Positions 1-10,041 of a stretch of 64,000 nucleotides of DNA are shown piece after piece. Each line of letters opens with the position of its first letter. Position 1 is the stretch's first letter. A program made the position numbers and the translations under genes. The notes under the pieces were generated by a model that worked only from the letters and a program-made list of their open reading frames with translations, was not told the DNA's origin and searched no databases. This DNA comes from Sedimentisphaeraceae bacterium JB056 (GTDB lineage Bacteria; Planctomycetota; Phycisphaerae; Sedimentisphaerales; Sedimentisphaeraceae), in the NCBI GenBank assembly GCA_044440125.1, contig JBITAJ010000028.1:224001-288000 (forward strand), written 5' to 3'.

Positions 1-42
1 GTAGCTACTTTCATATCACCTGTTGAACTTATATCCACTATT

Positions 43-528
43 ATGTTCGGTATTTTTATGGTAACAATTTGGATTAGCCTGATTTTAAGCAGCGGAAACT
101 TTTTCAATATCTTAATGCTTACTGGATTAGTTGCAATCTTAACATTCAATTATAAACACACCAATGGCAAAATAAAAAAGATATTTAAGCATCTAAAATT
201 GAATACAGCCGATAAAATATCATCTATGGATGAAGGCCAAAAATTTGAACGCTTCATAGAGACAGATTCGGTTAAATGGGTATATGTTAAAAATGGAGAG
301 TTAATTAAAAGAACACAAATTTCGGTAGGTATTGATCTGATTGCCATAGTTTGCATTATAGTTGGTTTCGTCTGCTTTTTTAATCTTGCTCCAATGCTTG
401 CTGATATAATAAATCATGGGACACCTGAAAGAAACGAATGTATAAAATTATTCAAGTTGGCCGGGGTATTCTTGTTATGCGTATTTATTACAGCCTTGTC
501 GCTATTTTCTCAACGCAAAAGAAGATAA
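43..528 (+). CDS. hypothetical membrane protein (may extend 5' beyond the window edge)
   Basis: 161-aa ORF with several hydrophobic segments; AT-rich; no recognisable motif. Confidence 0.5.
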   Translation: MFGIFMVTIWISLILSSGNFFNILMLTGLVAILTFNYKHTNGKIKKIFKHLKLNTADKISSMDEGQKFERFIETDSVKWVYVKNGELIKRTQISVGIDLIAIVCIIVGFVCFFNLAPMLADIINHGTPERNECIKLFKLAGVFLLCVFITALSLFSQRKRR

Positions 529-669
529 TGCCTGAAAAGAATTTAATAAACTATAAAAACAAGAGTCTCGGAAGCTCAACATCTTTCGTAAATGAATTAA
601 AGAACCTATACGGTTTCTAAAACTGGTAAAATTGGAATTATTTTAACAGTTGGGATATTGAGTTATTGA

Positions 670-1629
670 ATGAAAACAAATTCTATGCAAAAATATCTAT
701 TCTACACACTATGTATTATGTTGCTGACGGCGGGTCTGACTGCTTCTGAGAATAACAATGCCACAACCTTAAAATCAGAAGAACTTATAGCCGACAGACA
801 TTTTAAACGCGGCTTCAATGTTCTTGATCCAAAGCATGGTAAAGCTGTGATAAAAGGCCAGTTCAAAACTGACAAGGATAAAGAGCCTTCATGGAATATT
901 GCACAATGGAACAGCAGATACGACATACTCGAAGGAAGTAAAAGCACAAGCGAAGATGGCGGCTGCATCTACAGAAATGAAGCCAAGAAAATAATGACAG
1001 GTGTTGACGATGCAGATTTGATACTATATATCAATTCGGTTATCGAATATGATAATAAGCTGCGGACTGACGGTCAGCCATGGCCTCATCTTCTGGTAGA
1101 ACAAAAACTCCAAACTCCTTCTCTGGCTAAACTCAAAAGGCTTGATTTCAATATATCTGTCAAAATCATAGAGTCGGAAACAATCAAGAGAGCAGGCTAT
1201 TCGAAAAATCTGCATACCGCTCATGTCCCTTACGTTCTGATTATTCAAAACGCAAATAAGCAATCAGCCGGATATGGTGATTTTATCTGGTTTATAGTTC
1301 CTTTGTATGATGACAGGTACGAGTATCCCAAGCCATATATTGCTCAGGACAAGGCTGACAAATCTGCAAAGATGATCTTCGATCCCGGCGGTCGAAAATA
1401 CTATTCAACCCCAACAGGAAGCGGAAAATGGGTAACTATAAATTGCGACCTTCTTCCAACTATTCTTGAAGCCCTCAAAACAGCATGGGATAAAGGATAT
1501 CTGGCTGACTCAAAAGATTTGGACGACTACAAAATAGCAAGTATGAATATGGGATGGGAAACTACCGGCTTAAATAAAGCCGGAATTGCTATTAAGGATT
1601 TATCATTGAGTGCCGTCACTTTACGCTGA
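670..1629 (+). CDS. secreted hypothetical protein
   Basis: 319-aa ORF with an N-terminal signal-peptide-like stretch and a Trp/Gly-rich beta-type body (WNIAQWNS, WPHLLVEQ, MNMGWE). Confidence 0.65.
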   Translation: MKTNSMQKYLFYTLCIMLLTAGLTASENNNATTLKSEELIADRHFKRGFNVLDPKHGKAVIKGQFKTDKDKEPSWNIAQWNSRYDILEGSKSTSEDGGCIYRNEAKKIMTGVDDADLILYINSVIEYDNKLRTDGQPWPHLLVEQKLQTPSLAKLKRLDFNISVKIIESETIKRAGYSKNLHTAHVPYVLIIQNANKQSAGYGDFIWFIVPLYDDRYEYPKPYIAQDKADKSAKMIFDPGGRKYYSTPTGSGKWVTINCDLLPTILEALKTAWDKGYLADSKDLDDYKIASMNMGWETTGLNKAGIAIKDLSLSAVTLR

Positions 1630-1651
1630 TACTGCAAAATAACTAAGCTGC

Positions 1652-2014
1652 TTAAGCCTTCTTTGTTTTGAGCCAGAACCATAATAGTAAAATTATCAGT
1701 TGCAGAATAACAACTGCCCAGAATTTCAGTCTGAAACTCTTCTTTTTTGTTTTATGCCTAAAAATCTGCTGGCCTAATATTGAGCCAATACTTCCGCCAA
1801 TCGCCGCCCAAGCCAGCAAAACTGCCTCCGGCACTCTTGTTTTCTGCCTTCTTGCCCGCATTTTATCATAGCCGTACAATAGGAACGCTGCAATATTTAT
1901 TGCGGTAAATACACTCCAAAATACGCCAATGTAATTTTTCAAAAACAAGCCGCACCCTGCCGCAATCAGCATTATTATAAAAACAGCTGTATTTGTTCTC
2001 TTATCCAACATCAA
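1652..2014 (-). CDS. DUF1294 family membrane protein
   Basis: characteristic YGYDKMRARRQKTRVPEAVL...GGSIGSILGQQIFRHKTKKKSF signature. Confidence 0.85.
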   Translation of the reverse strand: MMLDKRTNTAVFIIMLIAAGCGLFLKNYIGVFWSVFTAINIAAFLLYGYDKMRARRQKTRVPEAVLLAWAAIGGSIGSILGQQIFRHKTKKKSFRLKFWAVVILQLIILLLWFWLKTKKA

Positions 2015-2327
2015 TTTATAAATACCATGCCTAAGATTCTCTATTCCACCGAATTACGCAAACAATGCCCTCGTACCAGTTTACAATTATAAATAGATTG
2101 AGAGATTTTAAAATACCTTTTTTACAATCGCTTAAGATTGGCCTTTGAAAAAGAAACTGCAAAAGCTACTCATACAGAACCGAAACTAACAACAACACGA
2201 AACGAACAAAATAGCACAGAAAAATACATTTAAACTTGATTTAAACTATTTTTCTTGTATCATTGACTATTAAATGAGTAATTATTCAAACAACTTCAAA
2301 CATTTTTAATTTTGTTTCGGTTTAATC

Positions 2328-3107
2328 ATGGGATTACTTGCAGAAAACAGATACAATTACATTTTAGAACAGCTCAGAGCCAACGGACGAATAAAAGTCT
2401 GCGAAGTAGCTAAAGAGCTGGACGTTACAGAAGTTACTATCCGAAGAGATCTAAGCGCCATGCAGCGTGACGGCATACTGAAAAAGACTTACGGCGGTGC
2501 AGTGCTTGTAGGCCCCGCTGACAACAATATCTTTCTGTCCACGCGTAAGACAAAGAACATTCAGGCCAAAAAGACGATCGGCAAACTTGCCGCGGATATG
2601 GTTCATGATGGTGAGAACATCTATCTCGAAGCGGGAAGTACCTGCAACGAAATCATTCCTTATCTGGCTGATAAAAATGGGCTTACAATCATCGTTAACT
2701 CTATAAATCTTATGATGAGACTTCACGAACAGCCGCAGCACAAGGTGATAATTACCGGCGGTCAATACCGCCCTGAGACGATGGACATGATCGGACCTGC
2801 CGCTGAGGCCACAATAAAGCAGCTTGGCGGATTCACTGCTTTCACAAGCGCCGATGACATCAGCATTGATTCAGGTATAAGCGGTGCCGACATCGCAACT
2901 GTAAGCTTTACGAAGGTCATCTTGAAACGTGCGGCAAGAGCAATATTCGTCGGAACAAGACGCAAATTCGACCGCGCGGCTCTATACAAAATCGCAGACC
3001 TCTCCGACCTTGAAGCAATTATAACGGATGTAGAGCCAAGCAACCAGTGGCACGTAGCAGCCCAGCAAAACAACGTAAAGCTAATATTCCCCGAAGACGC
3101 TGAATAA
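2328..3107 (+). CDS. DeoR/GlpR family transcriptional regulator
   Basis: N-terminal HTH (VTEVTIRRDL...TYGGA) and C-terminal sensor domain (IYLEAGST, VNSINL, ITGG). Confidence 0.93.
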   Translation: MGLLAENRYNYILEQLRANGRIKVCEVAKELDVTEVTIRRDLSAMQRDGILKKTYGGAVLVGPADNNIFLSTRKTKNIQAKKTIGKLAADMVHDGENIYLEAGSTCNEIIPYLADKNGLTIIVNSINLMMRLHEQPQHKVIITGGQYRPETMDMIGPAAEATIKQLGGFTAFTSADDISIDSGISGADIATVSFTKVILKRAARAIFVGTRRKFDRAALYKIADLSDLEAIITDVEPSNQWHVAAQQNNVKLIFPEDAE

Positions 3108-3114
3108 AAAAAAC

Positions 3115-3158
3115 AAAAACCGGCGGCAAGTTTTATATAATTTGCCGCCGGTTTTTTT
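3115..3158. terminator. bidirectional intrinsic terminator
   Basis: aaaaaccggcggcaa...ttgccgccggttttt hairpin with A/T tracts between convergent genes. Confidence 0.85.
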
Positions 3159-3918
3159 AATTGCTGTAATAAAACCTTACATCCCCCTGCGTAACCGGCT
3201 CAAGCTTGCGCCATTTAGTCCAACCACCGGAACCGTCAAGCTTTGACACGCAAAGCCCCTCAGGCTTTGGGTCAAATTTCTTGATTCCAGGCTCATATAT
3301 CTGCCCGATGCCATTTTTAACATGCGGCATTTTAGCACCCCAACTGCCTCCGGTAGACACGCTGTCCCAATGAAAGCAAGTCATTATAGTATCGGAAGTT
3401 ATACGTTTCCCGCCATCACTTGCACGTACCGGTGTTTTATATATCGTACCATCCTCCAGCCGAGGCGTATAAGAGCTGCCGTCTTTATCGAAACGCCTGC
3501 CCATATATATGTAGCCCACAAGTGTGCCGCCAAGCTTGAAATTGTCATCATCAAAACCTTTCGGTTCCTTGAAAAACTCATCTTCCCACCTCTTCCATGA
3601 TGTACACATGCCAAGTTCGGTAGTAAGTGCGTATTGCTGATTAAGGACAAGACAAGTCGCAAAATTCATATCTGTCCACCCCTCCGGCTGACTCTGATCC
3701 GACCAGATATTACCCATAGGCAGATAATCATCATAATCGCTGGCATACAGATAACCCGCATTATAACACTGCCGTATATTCGATATACACAGCAGTCGAT
3801 TCGCCCGATCTTTGGATTTAGCCAAAACCGGAACCATTATCGCCATCAAAACCGCTATTATGGATATTACCACCAATAATTCGATAAGTGTAAACGCTTT
3901 ATATTTTTTGCTGTCCAT
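3157..3918 (-). CDS. prepilin-type N-terminal cleavage/methylation domain protein (type II secretion pseudopilin-like, planctomycete DUF1559-like class)
   Basis: KAFTLIELLVVISIIAVLMAIMVPVL...C.SNIRQ and a degenerate C-terminal H...G.....DGS motif; start taken at the ATG after gaggaaag. Confidence 0.88.
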   Translation of the reverse strand: MDSKKYKAFTLIELLVVISIIAVLMAIMVPVLAKSKDRANRLLCISNIRQCYNAGYLYASDYDDYLPMGNIWSDQSQPEGWTDMNFATCLVLNQQYALTTELGMCTSWKRWEDEFFKEPKGFDDDNFKLGGTLVGYIYMGRRFDKDGSSYTPRLEDGTIYKTPVRASDGGKRITSDTIMTCFHWDSVSTGGSWGAKMPHVKNGIGQIYEPGIKKFDPKPEGLCVSKLDGSGGWTKWRKLEPVTQGDVRFYYSN

Positions 3919-4095
3919 GTTCTCTTTCCTCAAAAGATAATATCAAAATATCACAGTACTCACATTATCTAATACAAACTGCCGCAGATAACGTTACACA
4001 AAATCCCTGCATGTCGGGATTTTTTCAGAGAAGATTTGCCGATTTTGTGATATAATACAGTTAGAGTAAGTGGTGGGATTGCATTATAACAGACC

Positions 4096-4125
4096 ATCAG
4101 AGTCGCAACAGTGATGGAGCGGACA
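4096..4125. repeat. degenerate, inverted copy of the REP-like repeat that flanks recG
   Basis: reverse complement tgtccgctccatcactgttgcgactctgat aligns with tgcccgctccctcacagtcgcggtactgat at 31109. Confidence 0.65.
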
Positions 4126-4181
4126 GATTACTCTCAGACAGTTTTGATCATGATGCTTTAGAGAAAGAGAGGTGAGATAAT

Positions 4182-4724
4182 ATGGACCCTGTAATCAAGA
4201 AAAAATTACTGGACATAGTGAGGGAAGCCGTAAAAGCCGCGGTTTGCGGCAAGAAATATCAAATCCCAAGAATAGACGACCCCGAACTTCTGGAGCACAG
4301 AGGCTGCTTTGTTACATTAAAGACAGAAGACAGATTAAGAGGCTGCATCGGTGTATTCATGTCTAACAAGCCTTTGGTAGAGCTTGCGGTGGAGATGGCG
4401 TATTCATCTGCAACTGACGATCCTCGTTTTGAATTCGACCGTCTTGTCCCACAGGATATGAAAGACCTTCAGATAGAAATATCAGTCCTTTCAAAACTCC
4501 AAAAGACCAATAACCCATTGAGTCTTGAGCTTGGCAAACACGGCATCTACATCAAAAAAGGCCACCAAACAGGCTGCTTTCTACCGCAGGTAGCCACTGA
4601 AACAGGCTGGAGCAAAGAGGAGTTTCTGTCTTACTGCTGTTCGCATAAAGCAGGACTCGCCCGACACGACTGGCAGGAAGACGACACAGACGTATACCTC
4701 TTCACCGCAGAGATAATCAAGTAG
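4182..4724 (+). CDS. amrA: AmmeMemoRadiSam system protein A (AMMECR1 domain)
   Basis: RGCFVTL...LRGCIG, DPRF, IEISVLS, GKHGIYI, FLPQVA motifs. Confidence 0.92.
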   Translation: MDPVIKKKLLDIVREAVKAAVCGKKYQIPRIDDPELLEHRGCFVTLKTEDRLRGCIGVFMSNKPLVELAVEMAYSSATDDPRFEFDRLVPQDMKDLQIEISVLSKLQKTNNPLSLELGKHGIYIKKGHQTGCFLPQVATETGWSKEEFLSYCCSHKAGLARHDWQEDDTDVYLFTAEIIK

Positions 4725-4726
4725 AA

Positions 4727-5764
4727 TCAATGCATCCGTGAACCGGCACCGCTGCCGATACTTCGCCCAATGCTTCTGATTCTGCCTGCCATGCATCCTC
4801 GACACTGCTTTGCCGTCTCATAAATGCAGGCCTTAGATGGATATATCTCATAATACTGACGATATTCTGTCGGCGTGATATTCGGCATAAGCACATTGGC
4901 ACCACGGCACAACCCCTTCTCTCTTCCGTCAGCGATATTGATAGAGGCAAGAGCTGTTGTCGCAGGTATATTCGCCTGAGGACACACGATTCTCGCAAGT
5001 GCAATAACCTTATAACACATCTGTTCACTCGCTCTGACCTGCTGATCATTCGCAAGCAAATATCTCTCCGGCTCTCTGCCCAGCAAGGTATCAGGATGAG
5101 CGATATACGGACCAACCCCTATCATGTCAAGATCAAGTTCAGCAAATGTAAGTATATCGTTCGCCAGATCATTGAAACTTTGCCCCGGCAAACCGATCAT
5201 TACCCCGCTGCCAATCTCATAGCCTATATCTCGCAATCGCCTCAGCATCTCTATACGATCAAACGCCTCCCTTCCTTTTAGCGGCGGATGAATAAGATCA
5301 TAAAGTTTCCTGTTCGAAGTCTCAAACCGCAAAAGATAGCGATCGGCTCCGGCCTTCTTCCAGCCGACAAGCTCCTCCTGACTGCGTTCTCCAAGACTAA
5401 GCGTAACGGCAAGCCCAAAATCATCCTTTATCTTTCTGATGATTCTTTCAACGAACTCATAACCAATACCCTCATCCTCACCCGCCTGCATCACAATCGT
5501 TCCATACCCATAGTCAGAAGCCTCTTTCACACACTCCATGATCTCTTCGTAGGAAATTCTGTAACGGGTGATGCCCGAGTTGCCCGCATTGATTCCGCAA
5601 TACCCGCAAAACCTCTTACAGTTATTGGAAATTTCAAGCAGACCTCTGAGATGAACCGCATCGCCTACATTGGATGCCCTCACCTCATCAGCCCGCCTGA
5701 ACAATCTCTCAAGAACTCCTTCTCTATCTTCTTTTAGCCAATTCAATATTTCATCTTTACCCAT
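4727..5764 (-). CDS. hydE: [FeFe]-hydrogenase H-cluster radical SAM maturase HydE
   Basis: RGLLEISNNCKRFCGYC (CxxxCxxC), RYLLRFETS, GSGVMIGLPGQ, PATTAL, GANVLMPN, YEIYPSK and a C-terminal Cx7Cx2C auxiliary-cluster motif. Confidence 0.88.
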   Translation of the reverse strand: MGKDEILNWLKEDREGVLERLFRRADEVRASNVGDAVHLRGLLEISNNCKRFCGYCGINAGNSGITRYRISYEEIMECVKEASDYGYGTIVMQAGEDEGIGYEFVERIIRKIKDDFGLAVTLSLGERSQEELVGWKKAGADRYLLRFETSNRKLYDLIHPPLKGREAFDRIEMLRRLRDIGYEIGSGVMIGLPGQSFNDLANDILTFAELDLDMIGVGPYIAHPDTLLGREPERYLLANDQQVRASEQMCYKVIALARIVCPQANIPATTALASINIADGREKGLCRGANVLMPNITPTEYRQYYEIYPSKACIYETAKQCRGCMAGRIRSIGRSIGSGAGSRMH

Positions 5765-5803
5765 AAAATTTCTCCCATTTAAAAAGATGAGATCAAGAAC
5801 AGA

Positions 5804-7102
5804 TTAATCCTGTGATATCTTTATAGCCTGATCCAAGTCGACGATTATATCGTCAGCATTCTCTATTCCGACAGAAAGCCTTATATACTCATCCGTAACG
5901 CCGGTCGAGGCTTTCTCCTGATCGTTAAGCTGTGAATGAGTCGTGGAAGCGGGGTGTATTATAAGCGTCTTGGCATCGCCGATATTCGCCAGATGGCTTG
6001 CAAGCTTAACATTATTGATAAGCTTCTTACCAGCTTCAAGACCGCCCTTAATACCGAAACCAATAATCGCTCCGAAACCTGAACTGAAATATTTTTTCGC
6101 ATTGTCATGATTCTTATGACTCTCAAGCCCGGGATAGTTGACCCACTCAACTGACCGATTTCCTTCCAGCCACCTGGCAATCTTCAAAGCATTTTTTGTA
6201 TGTCGCTCCATACGCACATCAAGTGTCTCAAGGCCAAGCAGGAACAGAAAGCTGCCGAACGGACTAAGACACGCGCCCGTATCCCTGAGCCAGTGCGTTC
6301 GTACATGAGTTATGTACGCGATATTCCCCAAAGGCTTCAGAGCCTCCGTAAACACAACTCCATGATAGGCAGGGTCGGGAGCGGTAAACTCCGGCCACCT
6401 CTTGGCATCCTTAGTCCAGTCGAAATTCCCGCTGTCAACTATGGCTCCGCCTATATGAACGCCGTGACCACCGATAAATTTTGTCGTTGAATACACGACT
6501 ATATCCGCACCGTGTTCTATCGGACGAAACAACGCCGGAGTAAGCACAGTATTATCCACGATCACAGGCAATCCTTTACTATGGGCAGCATCAGTTATCT
6601 TCCTGAAATCCGGCACATCATTCTTAGGGTTGCCGACAGATTCAAGATATACAGCTCTCGTATTCTCATCAGCAAGCTGGGCTATTTTCTCAGGCTCTTG
6701 GGGTGAGAACTGCCTCACCTCAACGCCAAGATTCTTGAACGTCTGTGTAAACAGTGTCCACGTACCGCCATAGAGACTCGTAGACGCAATTATATTCTGC
6801 CCGCTGTGAGCGATACTCAGAATTGCCGCCGTTATCGCCGCTTGTCCACTCGCAAATGCGAGAGCACCAACACCGCCGTCAAGAGCCGCCAGACGTTTCT
6901 CAAGCACATCCGTAGTCGGATTCATCAGACGTGAATAGATGTTGCCAAACTGCTTAAGGCCGAAAAGATCAGCCGCATGGTCGGTGTTTTCAAAATTATA
7001 CGATGCGGTTGCGTATATCGGAACCGCCCTCGAATGCGTCACTGGGTCATCAACCTGACCGGCATGCAACACATTGGTTGAAAAATGATATTCGTTGTTC
7101 AT
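5804..7102 (-). CDS. metY: O-acetylhomoserine aminocarboxypropyltransferase (sulfhydrylase)
   Basis: GNIYSRLMNPT, FASGQAA, PLP lysine in YSTTKFIGGHG, LANIGDAKTLIIHPASTTH. Confidence 0.93.
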   Translation of the reverse strand: MNNEYHFSTNVLHAGQVDDPVTHSRAVPIYATASYNFENTDHAADLFGLKQFGNIYSRLMNPTTDVLEKRLAALDGGVGALAFASGQAAITAAILSIAHSGQNIIASTSLYGGTWTLFTQTFKNLGVEVRQFSPQEPEKIAQLADENTRAVYLESVGNPKNDVPDFRKITDAAHSKGLPVIVDNTVLTPALFRPIEHGADIVVYSTTKFIGGHGVHIGGAIVDSGNFDWTKDAKRWPEFTAPDPAYHGVVFTEALKPLGNIAYITHVRTHWLRDTGACLSPFGSFLFLLGLETLDVRMERHTKNALKIARWLEGNRSVEWVNYPGLESHKNHDNAKKYFSSGFGAIIGFGIKGGLEAGKKLINNVKLASHLANIGDAKTLIIHPASTTHSQLNDQEKASTGVTDEYIRLSVGIENADDIIVDLDQAIKISQD

Positions 7103-7140
7103 TATTATCTCCCGTTAATTATCTTTAGAATCAGCCGCCC

Positions 7141-8091
7141 TCACGCGGTTATATGATCGAACAATACTGTCGACAGATACCGCTCACCGAAACTCGGCAG
7201 TATCACGATAATATTTTTGTCTTTATTCTCCGGCCGTCTTGCCACTATATCAGCCGCACGAAGAGCCGCACCTGATGATATACCCACAAACAAACCTTCT
7301 TTCAACGCCGCCATTCGGGCCCACTCAATGGCCTCATCCTGATCAACAGCAACAACCTCATCAAGAAGATCAAGTCTTAGGATCTTCGGAATAAAACCGG
7401 CACCGATTCCCTGTATCTTATGAGGACCGGGTTTTGGTGTCTGCCCGGCAAGCGTCTGAGTAATAACAGGGCTTTGAGCCGGCTCAACAGCTATCGCCTT
7501 GAAATCAGGATTGATTGACTTGAACAACTCTGTTATACCGGTTATCGTACCGCCGGTACCGACACCTGAAATCAAAATATCTGCCTTACCGCTGGCACTG
7601 GCCCAAATCTCTTTTGCTGTAGTCAATTTATGAGCTAACGGGTTGGCTGGATTATCAAACTGACCGGCAATAAAAGAATCTTTCTCCGACTCAGCAAATT
7701 GCTCAGCAGCCTTCACCGCCCCGCTCATGCCTTCTGACGCCGGAGTGAGAATAAGCTCGGCACCAAGTGCCTTAAGCACCTTCCGCCTCTCAATACTCAT
7801 CGACTCCGGCATGGTAAGCATCAATCGTATACCTTTGACTGCACATACAAACGCAAGAGCAATACCGGTGTTGCCACTGGTAGCCTCGACGACCATTCCT
7901 TTCTCTGTAAGCCGGCCGTCTTTTAGAGCGGTATCAATTATTGAAAGACCGATTCTGTCCTTAACCGATGCAAGCGGATTGCGTGCCTCGATTTTGGCAA
8001 GTACATTAGCCCGGCTGTTAATGATCTTATTTACGCGAACAAGAGGAGTTCGCCCGATTGTCTCTGTTATGTCGTTGTATATGCCGTTCAT
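7141..8091 (-). CDS. cysK: cysteine synthase A
   Basis: IGRTPLV, NPLASVKDR (PLP Lys), EATSGNTGI, GVGTGGT, HKIQGIGAGF, PSFGERYLST; start after gaaggag. Confidence 0.95.
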   Translation of the reverse strand: MNGIYNDITETIGRTPLVRVNKIINSRANVLAKIEARNPLASVKDRIGLSIIDTALKDGRLTEKGMVVEATSGNTGIALAFVCAVKGIRLMLTMPESMSIERRKVLKALGAELILTPASEGMSGAVKAAEQFAESEKDSFIAGQFDNPANPLAHKLTTAKEIWASASGKADILISGVGTGGTITGITELFKSINPDFKAIAVEPAQSPVITQTLAGQTPKPGPHKIQGIGAGFIPKILRLDLLDEVVAVDQDEAIEWARMAALKEGLFVGISSGAALRAADIVARRPENKDKNIIVILPSFGERYLSTVLFDHITA

Positions 8092-8173
8092 GATCAACTC
8101 CTTCACTGTGTCATTCTACTTTACTTTTTCGAGTTTGAAATACAATTGATAATAGAACTAACGATACCACTGA

Positions 8174-9112
8174 TTAGAACTCGTATTTGACCTGAAGCCA
8201 CCAGGCCCCATCTTCTCTTCCATTTGCAAGATTACCCAAAGCTCCCCAACCGGCAACAATCGTTGTCTGTGAATCAAGAATCAGACTTGCATCTATTGCG
8301 TGCCAGTTATCCTCATCACCTACAAGGCCCGGAATCTTATCATATGGGTTCGCCTTCTGTCTGAATTCATAAGCCAAGATAACATTGTCCGCAGGGCAGG
8401 TTACCACACTGCCTTCGAATGTCGTAGTACGATCATCTCCAAAACCAAGTAAACCAATCTGTGCGGCTGAGCTGTTTCGCAAACCACCCGTCAAAATCAC
8501 AGGACGCCCAAACAAACCGGCGCCTTCTATCTTCTTGCTGGCGGTAAGCGTATAATCAACGCCGTAATCCCTTTCATAACCGATTCCCGAAAGTGCACCG
8601 GAAAGCTTATTGTCAATACTGTCGATACCATCATTGATTTTGAAATGGACACCCGCAGTTATAGCCGGAAACCAGCCCTGAGGGTCTTCCTCAAACAATA
8701 ACCCTCTCAGATTGAAATGGTGCAGGTACACCTGATTACGATCTATATCGATTCCTGTAGCATCCTCAATATCATCGGGCAGATCACCAAGCCCAAGCCT
8801 TTGAAAGCCATAACCAAATTCAATACGCCCATCAAATGCCTGAGTTATTGTTATTGCCTGCAGGTTCTTCTTACCTGCGATAATGTTCGATATGGCTATC
8901 GAAGGTTTTGACTTACCGTCAACCTGCTCAGGATTTACGATGTAAGCGATAGGTGTTATTGCACCACCGCCGACACCCTCAATAGAGTGAAACGGAAGCG
9001 GCGGGCACTCTACTTCGCATTCAGATGTTTTCTCCGAATCAGCCGCCCAAACTAATCCGGGCAATACAGTCAGCAAGATTACTTTTCCTAATAAGTTCAG
9101 TCTTTTGTTCAT
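8174..9112 (-). CDS. DUF3034 family exported/outer-membrane beta-barrel-like protein
   Basis: signal peptide, SIEGVGGGAITP motif, AYEFRQK, C-terminal alternating strand ending in Phe (WWLQVKYEF). Confidence 0.75.
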   Translation of the reverse strand: MNKRLNLLGKVILLTVLPGLVWAADSEKTSECEVECPPLPFHSIEGVGGGAITPIAYIVNPEQVDGKSKPSIAISNIIAGKKNLQAITITQAFDGRIEFGYGFQRLGLGDLPDDIEDATGIDIDRNQVYLHHFNLRGLLFEEDPQGWFPAITAGVHFKINDGIDSIDNKLSGALSGIGYERDYGVDYTLTASKKIEGAGLFGRPVILTGGLRNSSAAQIGLLGFGDDRTTTFEGSVVTCPADNVILAYEFRQKANPYDKIPGLVGDEDNWHAIDASLILDSQTTIVAGWGALGNLANGREDGAWWLQVKYEF

Positions 9113-9144
9113 TTGTCTTCCTTTGTAATAAATAATAAAAACAC

Positions 9145-9178
9145 AATCTACACTATGTCAATTATATTAGTGTAGATT
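9145..9178. promoter_or_regulatory. palindromic operator candidate (Rrf2 regulator)
   Basis: perfect 11-bp inverted repeat AATCTACACTA-N12-TAGTGTAGATT overlapping a minus-strand TTGACT-N17-TAATAT promoter. Confidence 0.6.
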
Positions 9179-9281
9179 ATATCTCAAGTCAACCATATTT
9201 TTAAACAAAAAAGACAAAAACACTCAAACTCTTTATTCACAAGACATTAAAGGCATAAAAAAATATATCACGTCATCTTCA

Positions 9282-9310
9282 TTGACTTAATAGGGAATAA
9301 TTGATACAAT
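9282..9310 (+). promoter_or_regulatory. sigma-70-type promoter of the Rrf2 gene
   Basis: TTGACT-N17-TACAAT about 40 nt upstream of the ATG. Confidence 0.6.
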
Positions 9311-9352
9311 TCTACAGTAATTATTTGAACTAAAGATTATTTTGGAGAGAAA

Positions 9353-9802
9353 ATGAACCTTTCACAAAAATGTCAATATGCGATTAGATCACTGCTTGAA
9401 CTGTCAAAATTTTACGGCGAAGGCCCTGTAAGAATCAGCAAGATAGCAGATAAGCAAGCTATTCCCCCCCGATTCCTGGAAAACATACTAAACGAACTGA
9501 AATCTACAAACATGATAGAATCCAGACGAGGCGCTCACGGCGGCTATATGCTGATCAAAAGACCTGATAAAATAACCGTAGGTGAGATAATTAGACTGAT
9601 CGATGGACCGCTTGATCCCGTTCAGTGCATAGGAGACAAAAACAACCCCAATTGCCCGCTGCGTGGAAAGTGTGCGTTGATAAATCTATGGAAGAGGGCG
9701 AAATCTGCGATAGAAGAAGTTTACGACTCAACAACATTCGCAGATCTTGTAGAAGAGGAAAATCAGCTCAACTGCTCAGACTTCCCGGACTACTGCATCT
9801 GA
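9353..9802 (+). CDS. Rrf2 family transcriptional regulator (CymR/IscR-like, three Cys)
   Basis: YAIRSLLEL, IPPRFLENIL, SRRGAHGGYML, ITVGEIIRLIDG; Cys triad C-x8-C-x5-C; divergent from the cysK-metY operon. Confidence 0.92.
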   Translation: MNLSQKCQYAIRSLLELSKFYGEGPVRISKIADKQAIPPRFLENILNELKSTNMIESRRGAHGGYMLIKRPDKITVGEIIRLIDGPLDPVQCIGDKNNPNCPLRGKCALINLWKRAKSAIEEVYDSTTFADLVEEENQLNCSDFPDYCI

Positions 9803-9973
9803 TAAACCGATAATCCAAAACCAGGAACCAACGATATAAAGAATGAAACTTACAATAAGATCAATAATGCCATCGACTATAGGCTTCGACCAACTCAACG
9901 AAAAATAATATTTAATGCAATCAAAAAGCTATTTACCAATTTCCATTAAAGCTTTTTGGCAATAGAATACCCT

Positions 9974-10001
9974 TTGACATGACAGGCAAATAAAATATAA
10001 T
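9974..10001 (+). promoter_or_regulatory. sigma-70 consensus promoter
   Basis: TTGACA-N16-TATAAT. Confidence 0.6.
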
Positions 10002-10041
10002 ACGTTCATTGGATGTTTTTATTGGCAGGAGTTTTTTTCAG

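Noticed and set aside
4182..5764. AMMECR1 gene next to a radical SAM gene read as a complete AmmeMemoRadiSam system
   Set aside because: The radical SAM protein is HydE-type, is convergently oriented, and no Memo gene is present
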